From an uncultured Candidatus Saccharibacteria bacterium (GTDB lineage: Bacteria > Patescibacteriota > Saccharimonadia > Saccharimonadales > Saccharimonadaceae), in the NCBI GenBank assembly GCA_963554175.1, contig CAUVQU010000002.1:10714-74713 (forward strand): DNA of 64,000 nt, given 5' to 3'. A model generated the notes under the pieces. The model ran no database searches. It saw only the letters and a list, made by a program, of their open reading frames with translations, and was not told where the DNA came from. A program made the translations under genes and the position numbers. This document shows, one piece after another, positions 43,822-51,538 of this stretch (positions are counted from its first letter, which is position 1; every line of letters begins with the position of its first letter).

Positions 43822-46665
43822 ATGAACCATAATTCATATCCATCAAATTACGAAAGTGAAAACGATAGCCAGCCAAATGATAACTATACAGAGTGGCAGG
43901 AGGCTATGAAAGATGTTGAGTTTCAAGGAGGTAAAGCTTCTGTCTCCATGGTAGGTCAAGAAGTGGCTGACATGCTGGCTGGCCCAGAAATTCATGAAAA
44001 ACCTGTCAGTAAGATGGAAAAACTACTTGGAAAAATCCAAGGTGTCAAAGATTTTATTAAAAGTAAGTTCGGAATACAAAGTAGCGAAAAACTAGTGAAA
44101 ATGACAGATCATGCACTTGTTTATGTTGCGAAAGAGACAATTACCGCCGCCGACAAAGATGGTATTCGCACTGAAGCAGAAGCTGCTAAAATTGAAGAAG
44201 CTGTTTCGTCCGTAGTAGTGCAAGGTGCTATGGAAGAAGCTGGCATGGAACAGTCTGCTGGAGAAAATCCTATTTTGGAACTTAACCAAAGTGATGCTCA
44301 ACTTGATTTGATGGCATCTATAGAGACTTTACACAAAGAAGGTGTAATATTGCCTAGCGGTGAAAGCGTTGCTGGACTTGCTACGCGTACTATTGAACGC
44401 GACAAAAAGTGGGATTTAACAAAAGTAAGTGGTCGGCTAGGCTCTAATGAGGGTGGTTGGTATGAAAAACCGAATGGCGAGAGATTCTATGTTAAGTTTT
44501 ATGAAAATCCTAGTCAAGGACAAGCCGAGTTCGTGGCTAATGCTGTTTATGCAAAACTCGGGATTAAAGCGGTACGTTCAGAAATTATCCAATTGGACGG
44601 TCGTGAAGCTATCGCTTCGCCAGCTGTGCCAAAGGCTACGACGGTTAGTGGAGAGGCTCAAGGCGGAAGTGAGGATGTCCAAAAAGGTTTTGTTGCCGAC
44701 GCGTTCCTAGCCAATTGGGATGTTGTCGGTCTTGTCTACGACAATATAGTTCAAGGAGAGGATGGTTTTTACCGTATAGATAATGGTGGTTCTTTGATTT
44801 TCCGGGCACAAGGTGGAGACAAGGCTTATTTGCCAAATTCTATTCCAGAGCTACAGTCAATGCGTGTACCAGGACGCCCCACTGGAGAAGTTTTTGCAGG
44901 CATAACAGAAGACGAAATTGGTAAGCAAGCGCGTGAACTAGTTAGCAAGTTGAGCCCTGAAGATATAAGAGCTATCGTAGATGAGTCTGGTCTAGAAGGC
45001 AAAGATCGTGATAGGATATTGACTGGATTGCTAGGACGTCGTGAATATCTAGCTAAGACTTATGGAAAACCAGAACCAGAGCAACCATCAAATCCAGAAT
45101 CTAGAGAGCGTAGACCGAGAAGAAGCATAAGTGAAACAATCAGAATACTTAGCGGTCAAGAGATGGAACGTACTGGGGAAACAGTAGTTCGTCCCCGAAC
45201 CGAAATTGTATGCGATCATGATCATATCGAAGGGCAAAAAATCGATGTAATAAACAAAAGAGATCGCGGTACGATGGAATTTAGATTTAAACTGCGGGCT
45301 CCAACCGAAGTACTGACAGCATTGGCGACAAAACCGGAAGGCGAAGGAGAGGATACGCAAACTGAAATTACCACGCCAAGTGGAGCAGTTTTGCGACGAG
45401 GAAAAATTACTTACGAAGATGCGTCTTCTGATAGTTCATATGAGTTATGCGGTGCGTCCGTTTTTGAAAAAGGCGGAGTAAAAATATTTATTGCAGACCC
45501 CTCGTCTAAAAACGGCATTACCTATGATTACAATAGTAGTCATCTTGTCCGAACGGCTATGGGTTTAGTTAAGGTTGAAGTTCCATCTGGAACGGATCCC
45601 GAAGCAACGGAACAAATTTTGGAAGAAATTTTAGAAAAAGACTTAGGTATTCCAGATGCGCTTGGCGAAGTCCCTGAAGAAGCGGAAAGAGAATATAAGA
45701 TGGCTCGCTATAAATGGCAACATGTAATTACTGGAGATTTAACACCTGAGCAGATGGAGCAAGCGGAAAAGTTATATCGCGAAGAAGTCTTCCCTGGCTA
45801 TACAACACTCGTAGAGAGGGGAAAACATGAAGAATACCTTGAAAAATATGGCAGAGATGTTCGCGCAGTTCATCGCTTAAATACTGAGAGCGCTAGATCG
45901 ATTTATAGAATACTAACACAGGGGTTGATGTGTACGACTGAACGATATTCTAGAGGTGTCATGAGGAATGGCATGTCGTCCACTATTGATATGGATACTG
46001 GTGGAGCAGACAGCGTTTTTACGAGAATTGCCAATGAGGCTCAAAGAGGAGAAATGAGCGGTGCAGTGATAGTATTTAAGCCCGAAGTTTTCGATCGCAC
46101 AGATTGGTATTCCTATAATTATGACACATGTGGCTCAACAGATGATGATTATTTTGCTTGGCGACTCTCTCCAGATACTATCTTTGATAAGACTACAAAT
46201 CCTAACAGTAATTATTCAATCGGAAATGAACAGATGTTTAGAACTGGTATCGGTGCTGGGTTTGTTGAATCCATAGAAGTAGATTCCAGTCAACGTAATG
46301 GAATAATTGCAGAATTACGATCTATGGGCCTAGAAGAAATAAACGGTAAACCCATAGAAGAAGTTGTCGTATTACACAAGACTCCGCCTTCGGAAGCTAC
46401 GCCAGATTCTAATGTCAATTGGGATGTATCCAACCAGTCGCCAGAGGAATCATCTCAAGAGGTCGCTCCAGATTCTAATGTCAATTGGGATGTATTCAAC
46501 CAGTCGCCAGAGGAATCACCTCAAGAGGCACAACCAGAGACGACACCAGAGACACCATCCTCAGAGCTATGGCAAGATTGGCCAGATGATTGGGGAAACT
46601 GGGATGAAAGTTTTTCAACTCCAACCCCAGAACCACCATCGGAATCGGTTGATGGTTGGATGTAG
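43822..46665 (+). CDS. Large protein with protein-kinase-like motifs and a conserved C-terminal domain (module copy B)
   Basis: 947 aa. LGSNEGGWY, FYVKFY, AEFVANAVY, DAFLANWDVVG..YDNIV, YRIDNGGSLIFRAQGG, QGLMCTTERYSRGVMRNGMSS..DMDTGGADSVFTRI, GNEQMFRTGIGA. Carries an extra Pro/Glu/Ser/Trp-rich C-terminal tail. Confidence 0.8.
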   Translation: MNHNSYPSNYESENDSQPNDNYTEWQEAMKDVEFQGGKASVSMVGQEVADMLAGPEIHEKPVSKMEKLLGKIQGVKDFIKSKFGIQSSEKLVKMTDHALVYVAKETITAADKDGIRTEAEAAKIEEAVSSVVVQGAMEEAGMEQSAGENPILELNQSDAQLDLMASIETLHKEGVILPSGESVAGLATRTIERDKKWDLTKVSGRLGSNEGGWYEKPNGERFYVKFYENPSQGQAEFVANAVYAKLGIKAVRSEIIQLDGREAIASPAVPKATTVSGEAQGGSEDVQKGFVADAFLANWDVVGLVYDNIVQGEDGFYRIDNGGSLIFRAQGGDKAYLPNSIPELQSMRVPGRPTGEVFAGITEDEIGKQARELVSKLSPEDIRAIVDESGLEGKDRDRILTGLLGRREYLAKTYGKPEPEQPSNPESRERRPRRSISETIRILSGQEMERTGETVVRPRTEIVCDHDHIEGQKIDVINKRDRGTMEFRFKLRAPTEVLTALATKPEGEGEDTQTEITTPSGAVLRRGKITYEDASSDSSYELCGASVFEKGGVKIFIADPSSKNGITYDYNSSHLVRTAMGLVKVEVPSGTDPEATEQILEEILEKDLGIPDALGEVPEEAEREYKMARYKWQHVITGDLTPEQMEQAEKLYREEVFPGYTTLVERGKHEEYLEKYGRDVRAVHRLNTESARSIYRILTQGLMCTTERYSRGVMRNGMSSTIDMDTGGADSVFTRIANEAQRGEMSGAVIVFKPEVFDRTDWYSYNYDTCGSTDDDYFAWRLSPDTIFDKTTNPNSNYSIGNEQMFRTGIGAGFVESIEVDSSQRNGIIAELRSMGLEEINGKPIEEVVVLHKTPPSEATPDSNVNWDVSNQSPEESSQEVAPDSNVNWDVFNQSPEESPQEAQPETTPETPSSELWQDWPDDWGNWDESFSTPTPEPPSESVDGWM
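46402..46533 (+). repeat. Two tandem copies of a 66-bp in-frame repeat
   Basis: ccagattctaatgtcaattgggatgta(t/c)... occurs at 46402 and 46468. It encodes PDSNVNWDV(S/F)NQSPEES(S/P)QE(V/A) twice. Confidence 0.85.
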
Positions 46666-46696
46666 AGTATAATATTAACATAATATAGGTAAAAAG

Positions 46697-47137
46697 ATGA
46701 GATCATTTGAAAGTATCATGAAGCACTCAGGGAATGAGAATATTAATGGTAAAGATAATAATATAGAAAAGGTTGATTCTATGGAAAAATTGCCAAAGCC
46801 AGTTTACTATATTGAATCCCCCAATGACGATACGGTCTTAGTTGGCATAAACGTAACTATAGATCACGATAGAATGGGCGAGCAAGAAATCTCTATAATT
46901 AGATGGTATGATACTTCGCATGAGCGCATTATGACAGCATCGGAAACAAGGCAAAAAGATGACCATTTTGCCTTTAAGCGGATAGACCAGGAAGGCGGTG
47001 GGGTATATTATTTTACGCCAATGAATTTAGAGATTTACAATAATAAAGTTAAGCAGCACCTAGCTGCAGGATCTGACTTTACAAATAACGAAGATTTAAT
47101 AAAGGCATTCCTAACGACAACAGAAGATGAAGTTTAG
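46697..47137 (+). CDS. Small partner protein of module B
   Basis: 146 aa. PVYYIESPNDDTVLVGI...ERIMTASETRQKDDHFAFKRIDQEGGGVYYFTPM is homologous to 28275..28712. Confidence 0.75.
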   Translation: MRSFESIMKHSGNENINGKDNNIEKVDSMEKLPKPVYYIESPNDDTVLVGINVTIDHDRMGEQEISIIRWYDTSHERIMTASETRQKDDHFAFKRIDQEGGGVYYFTPMNLEIYNNKVKQHLAAGSDFTNNEDLIKAFLTTTEDEV

Positions 47138-47168
47138 ACTACTAAACATGAAGTTTAGACTACTAAAC
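47127..47168 (+). repeat. Perfect 21-bp tandem duplication spanning the stop codon
   Basis: atgaagtttagactactaaac occurs at 47127-47147 and 47148-47168, followed by the hairpin aaccccc...gggggtt. Confidence 0.85.
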
Positions 47169-47326
47169 CCCCGATTGTTCGGGGGTTGTTCTAAATGCTA
47201 AGGCAAGAGACGCAAAGTTTATGCCTTGATTTTTATTGATAACTGTTTTTTCCTAGAAATAAGTTTAAGAGCTACCTTATTTTTATGCAAGATTTTGTTG
47301 CAAAGGTTGTGAGCTATTACGAAGTA

Positions 47327-47355
47327 TTGAGAAATCTATAAGAATATGTTATAAT
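47327..47355 (+). promoter_or_regulatory. Promoter of the 47620 gene
   Basis: TTGAGA 47327-47332, 17-nt spacer ending in TGT, TATAAT 47350-47355. About 260-nt leader. Confidence 0.55.
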
Positions 47356-47460
47356 ATAGAAGTTCGTAGATTCTAAGGAAAAAACGAATAATATTGATTA
47401 TCACTTTTATGATGTGGTGATAGAAACTTAATAATTAGCTAGGATAAGGCATAATTCTCT

Positions 47461-47581
47461 TTTGTGAGTGGCGTTAAATCTATCTTGACGGTGGACTTAG
47501 CGCTACTCACAAAGTGGGGGCGACCTGAAGCGGGACGATAGTGTCGCCGTGGAAGTGGAAATCAGAGTGGGGAAAATCCCC
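47461..47581 (+). promoter_or_regulatory. Structured leader RNA (conserved hairpin copy 2 plus two further hairpins)
   Basis: 17-bp stem tttgtgagtggcgttaa (47461-47477) / ttagcgctactcacaaa (47497-47513); ggcgac (47519-47524) / gtcgcc (47543-47548); gggg aaaat cccc (47569-47581). Confidence 0.5.
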
Positions 47582-47619
47582 TTGAATTTACAAAGCTCTG
47601 ATATATAGAAGGAGAAATT

Positions 47620-47748
47620 ATGTTGAAATTTTTGTATGGCAGTGAGAAGACAAACAGTTACCGCCCTGAGCCATGGGCTTGGAGCGAGGTTCCGTTCCCT
47701 GCCCTTATAGGGGTGCGGGTCAAAGATATAATGCCTTCCTCGCAGTAG
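47620..47748 (+). CDS. 42-codon ORF with the only strong RBS. Either a uORF or the true, frame-shifted 5' end of the downstream gene
   Basis: AAGGAG lies 6 nt before ATG 47620. Encodes MLKFLYGSEKTNSYRPEPWAWSEVPFPALIGVRVKDIMPSSQ. Overlaps the -1 frame ORF that is open from 47673. Confidence 0.35.
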   Translation: MLKFLYGSEKTNSYRPEPWAWSEVPFPALIGVRVKDIMPSSQ

Positions 47749-49295
47749 CGGGTGGGTTTACACCATGGTTTAGTTCTTTTAACCTTGCCGATAATAAGGC
47801 AATGAGCGATGATTATTCCAAGGTGATAAACACCAAGAAGGGCACACGTCTTTTGATACCTTGCGGAAAGAACGATGACGAGCGCATCCTGCTTATCACA
47901 GCTCGCGGAGGTTTCCGTGGTGGCTTCGGCAAGATCGAGGCGATTGGAGCCGAGATTTTATGGCAGAACGGCAGCAGTATGCACTGCTGCCCAGTGGCGC
48001 ATATTATTGCGCGTGTGACCGAGCCTGACGGATATGTGCGTACTGAAACGGGCCGTCGTTGCTGCTCCGGTTATACTGAAGTTTACTCCTGGAAAGGAGG
48101 CTACTTCGGTATGGACACCGAAGAGTACAACGCGGCAGTCGATACTGGTGCTCTCTTCGCGGCACATGACACTATCCAGAGCGATCTGGAAGAGTGTAAG
48201 GCGAAGAGAGCTGAGCAGGCGGCAAGCCGCCAGGCGAGGGGCATATTTATAGCTGAACTTGAGGCTATAAACTCTCGTCTTAAAGCTTGTGGAGAAACCC
48301 AATATCAGCTGGGGGAGACTTTCTTTGTTATAGAAGAGACTGGTTGGGGTGCTTGCACCATCCGCCATCTCTACACTGAGGAAGCGGTTGCTAAGGCGGA
48401 GAATAGAGCTGCAAGAGCTGAAGCGGAACGTGCAATACGTGAAGCGAAGGCAACTTGGGAGCCACAGTTCAAAGAGGCTGCTCAGGGATACTCCTTCCCA
48501 GAAGGAAAAGATGCTTGGGGAGATTCTAGTCTTAGATTTTATGGTAACGTTGTTAGCGTAGGAATTAAGACAGACGGCAAATCCTACAAGTACTCTGAGG
48601 AAGGATTCGCGCAGTTTAAGGCTGATCTCCCTGTTTATGAGGAGAAATATCAGGATATTCTGCGTGAGAAAGCCGAAGCTGAAGCCAAGGCGAAAGCTAA
48701 GGCAGAGGAAGAAGCTCGCAGAGCTCAGGCCGAAGCTGAGGCTAAAGCAAAAAAGGAAGCGGCCGAAGCTGAAGCTAAGGAGCTCGGTCTTCCAAGCAAT
48801 ATCCGCCTGTGGCATCGTGACGGCGCAACTAACGCCGGCGAGGCTTGGGTGATCGGTCCGAACGGTATGGAGCGCGAATGCGACTTCGTAGACACCATGG
48901 TGTGCGGAAGTAATTCCAAGCGCTACCATCAGAGCTACGAAGGTGACCATATATGGAATCAGATTCTTCCAGGAGAACTGGTGCTTTACTGGTCTCACGC
49001 CTACACGGCAGCGCCTCACAAATTTGTGGTCATCTATAGACCAGAAACTTTAACCGAGGCACAGCTTGAGCGCGTAGCGGAGATCCAGAACGGCATCGAG
49101 GAGCAATTCCTTGGTAAAGCCGGTCTGGTTAGCACACGCTCCTGTCCATCTATTGGGCAGGGCTGGGGACTGTTCCATCGCGAGGAGACTAGTTTAGCGA
49201 ATGCTGAGAAAGATTGTGATGAACAATCTAACGATGGATCTGGAACTACTCTTGGGCAGCTCTTCGGAGACATCTTCGGGAAGCTAAACTCGTAG
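47673..49295 (+). CDS. GC-rich hypothetical protein with an Ala/Glu/Lys-rich coiled-coil tract; paralog of 19057..20484 (start uncertain)
   Basis: 540-aa track ORF. Similarity to the 19057 protein begins upstream of the internal Met at 47802 (GGFTPWFSSFNLAD), so the start is at or before 47673. AEAEAKAKAKAEEEARRAQAEAEAKAKKEAAEAEAK tract. Confidence 0.7.
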   Translation: MGLERGSVPCPYRGAGQRYNAFLAVAGGFTPWFSSFNLADNKAMSDDYSKVINTKKGTRLLIPCGKNDDERILLITARGGFRGGFGKIEAIGAEILWQNGSSMHCCPVAHIIARVTEPDGYVRTETGRRCCSGYTEVYSWKGGYFGMDTEEYNAAVDTGALFAAHDTIQSDLEECKAKRAEQAASRQARGIFIAELEAINSRLKACGETQYQLGETFFVIEETGWGACTIRHLYTEEAVAKAENRAARAEAERAIREAKATWEPQFKEAAQGYSFPEGKDAWGDSSLRFYGNVVSVGIKTDGKSYKYSEEGFAQFKADLPVYEEKYQDILREKAEAEAKAKAKAEEEARRAQAEAEAKAKKEAAEAEAKELGLPSNIRLWHRDGATNAGEAWVIGPNGMERECDFVDTMVCGSNSKRYHQSYEGDHIWNQILPGELVLYWSHAYTAAPHKFVVIYRPETLTEAQLERVAEIQNGIEEQFLGKAGLVSTRSCPSIGQGWGLFHREETSLANAEKDCDEQSNDGSGTTLGQLFGDIFGKLNS

Positions 49296-49334
49296 TTAGC
49301 CGTTCTGTCTTCTTAAACTAGCTTGTACTTTTTT

Positions 49335-49362
49335 ACCCCCAGATTTCTGGGGGTATTTTTTA
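49335..49362 (+). terminator. Intrinsic terminator
   Basis: acccccag attt ctgggggt attttttat. Confidence 0.8.
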
Positions 49363-49428
49363 TCTTGAAATACTGATAGTAAAAATAGCCATTTTATTTA
49401 TTTTTGAGATTTATAGTATTATTTTAAT

Positions 49429-49845
49429 ATGATATTAAACATTTATTTGGATGTAGATGGAGTACTAAAAGGTTGTGCATCTCCAAAAGAGGATATCGAA
49501 AAGTTTCTTGAGTTTTGTTTGGATAATTGTGTTGTATATTGGCTTACTACTTACTGTCGTGACGAGATTAATTACGCGCCGCGGGCGCTTTCGGAAGAGT
49601 TTGATAAAGAATTGATCGGTCGCCTGAGCAAGAGTGTTAATCAGACCGATTGGATAAACTCAAAAGTTGAGGCGATTGATTTTAATACCCCATTTGTTTG
49701 GTTTGATGATAATATCGCTCAGTATGAACGGAATGAGTTAAGAAAGCGTGGTGTTGAAGAGAGTTTTTTCTGGGTCGATAGGAATGATCCAGAGTCGGCA
49801 AGGCATATGTTAGAGTTTGTGAGAAAAAAATATGAACAAGATTAA
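49429..49845 (+). CDS. HAD-superfamily-like small hydrolase
   Basis: N-terminal YLDVDGVL (DxDxV motif I) and WFDDN near the C-terminus. Confidence 0.5.
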   Translation: MILNIYLDVDGVLKGCASPKEDIEKFLEFCLDNCVVYWLTTYCRDEINYAPRALSEEFDKELIGRLSKSVNQTDWINSKVEAIDFNTPFVWFDDNIAQYERNELRKRGVEESFFWVDRNDPESARHMLEFVRKKYEQD

Positions 49846-49981
49846 CGTTGATGAACTTCCATGCTGGGCTGGATATTCGCTGGGATATTATTTAGTAAAA
49901 AGATATTTAGAGAGAACTGGAAAGAAGATTGAGGAGGCATTCTTTGATAAGTATGCGGATTTTAGAGAAAGACAAGGATGA
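49832..49981 (+). pseudogene. Remnant resembling the C-terminal end of a DUF2268-type metalloprotease gene
   Basis: 49-codon ORF MNKINVDELPCWAGYSLGYYLVKRYLERTGKKIEEAFFDKYADFRERQG. The GY..GY.LV..YL...G pattern is typical, from memory, of DUF2268/YjaZ C-termini. It overlaps the ends of both neighbouring genes. Confidence 0.4.
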
Positions 49982-49982
49982 T

Positions 49983-51422
49983 ATGGAAAGATTGAATAAA
50001 TCTCAAGAGGATATATCACAATCATCAAATAATAATGATTGGCCAGATTTTCCTCCGTTTAGAGGTGATATTGTTGAAGGATTGCCAAAAAATACGGAAA
50101 TGAAGAATCTGGAAGAAATACATAACTATGAAATTAATATGGTGGCTGAGAATCCTGATGTTTTGGGCTACAATATCGACAGCAAGCTTATTATTTGGCC
50201 AGAAAGAAGAGCGCAAGCTATAAAAGTTAAAGAGTTTTTAGATTCTGGCGGAAATATAGACATAATATCAGAGCGACTTGGGCAGCCAGCGGAGCGAATA
50301 CAGGAGGCAATAAATGAAGAGCTTCTAAAAGATCAATTACTGGATGATACTTTAGCAAAGGTACCAGAGGGGGTAAAATTGAGGATCAATCCACATGCTC
50401 CACGGTCGGCGTTTTCGGTAGCAAATTCAGAAAAGTTTGTGAATGAAAAGGGCGAAAACAGATTCTGTATTGATAGCGACGTAATGTCGCAGGTTAGAAA
50501 AATTAGAGAGAAAGCTGCTGGATCAGAGCTGTTGGTTGTTATGAACCAACTACATAGAGGCGAAGATGGTAAACTGACTAGTAATATCCCAGAAAATCCA
50601 TCGGATTATATTTTGCTGTGCCGTAGTTTTGTGGAGCAAAGTGGATATTCTGAACAAGCTGGAAAGGGGTTAGTCTTAGAGCTTGGAAATGAATGTAATA
50701 TGAGTCACGAAAGTAATGGTTTTTTATTTAAAACTGAAGCCTTTGCTGACACGGTTGATACGGAAGCTTATGCAAATCTTTATTTTGAGACTGCAAAAGC
50801 CTTAAAAACTTCTTTTCCTGATATTAAATTATCACTGACTGGCACTGCGTTCTATGATTATGATTTTACAAAACAAGTCATAGATCAAATTCAGGCCAGA
50901 AAAGTTACTGATGAGCTAGTAAAAGATACTAAATTAATTGATGTTATTAGTTTTCATCCATATAGGAAAACCGTTGAAAGCCCCGCTCCTTTTATGAGTA
51001 AAGGAAAAGGGCTTAGTGAATCTGAGCTAAGAGAAAGGTCGGAAGCACACTGGCAGTCTCTTAGTAATGAAGAAAAAGATACAATTAGAGGTGAAATACT
51101 TAGCAATTTACTTGACGAGGAAAGAATTGCAATCTCTGGTTTATCTAGTGAGGAAATTGAGAATAGTATTGCGTATAGGGCGTACGCTAACTTTGACTGT
51201 CAATTAAAGACATTGAGAAATATTGCTGATCAAATAGGTGCTGAAGTGACTGTCGGAGAAATAAGCTTTTATGCAGGAGAATGGGGGGAGTCGGTTAACG
51301 AAAATGAACAAGAGAAAAATGCAATCTATGGACGCGAGAAAGGATATACAAGCTTCTTGTGGCCAGGAGAGCAAATAGTAAAAAATGAAAATCCAGAACG
51401 ACGTAAAGCACATGAGGTTTGA
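49983..51422 (+). CDS. Clan GH-A-like glycoside hydrolase (TIM barrel) candidate
   Basis: LVLELGNECN (Asn-Glu acid/base), ISFHPY, VTVGEISF (candidate nucleophile Glu). Start could be 49953 or 49983. No signal peptide. Confidence 0.45.
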   Translation: MERLNKSQEDISQSSNNNDWPDFPPFRGDIVEGLPKNTEMKNLEEIHNYEINMVAENPDVLGYNIDSKLIIWPERRAQAIKVKEFLDSGGNIDIISERLGQPAERIQEAINEELLKDQLLDDTLAKVPEGVKLRINPHAPRSAFSVANSEKFVNEKGENRFCIDSDVMSQVRKIREKAAGSELLVVMNQLHRGEDGKLTSNIPENPSDYILLCRSFVEQSGYSEQAGKGLVLELGNECNMSHESNGFLFKTEAFADTVDTEAYANLYFETAKALKTSFPDIKLSLTGTAFYDYDFTKQVIDQIQARKVTDELVKDTKLIDVISFHPYRKTVESPAPFMSKGKGLSESELRERSEAHWQSLSNEEKDTIRGEILSNLLDEERIAISGLSSEEIENSIAYRAYANFDCQLKTLRNIADQIGAEVTVGEISFYAGEWGESVNENEQEKNAIYGREKGYTSFLWPGEQIVKNENPERRKAHEV

Positions 51423-51538
51423 GTGAAATGGAGCGGTTATATTATCGAAATTATTCTTCCCTCTCGAACCACAAGATCTGGGATTCGTGGTATAACTTAT
51501 AGTAAGGATATTTATAAAGTTAATTGTGGAGGAATATT

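Noticed and set aside
47958-49019. 353-aa minus-strand ORF
   Set aside because: It lies entirely antisense to the GC-rich 47.6-49.3 kb gene. Its sequence is Ser/Leu/Arg/Phe-rich, as expected for a shadow of an Ala/Glu/Lys-rich coding strand. It has no RBS, and no terminator on that strand.
18800-49400. Prophage or integrative element interpretation of the island
   Set aside because: No integrase, recombinase, terminase, capsid, tail or replication genes were recognised. There are no att-like long direct repeats, and tRNA-Trp lies 8.5 kb away and is not adjacent.
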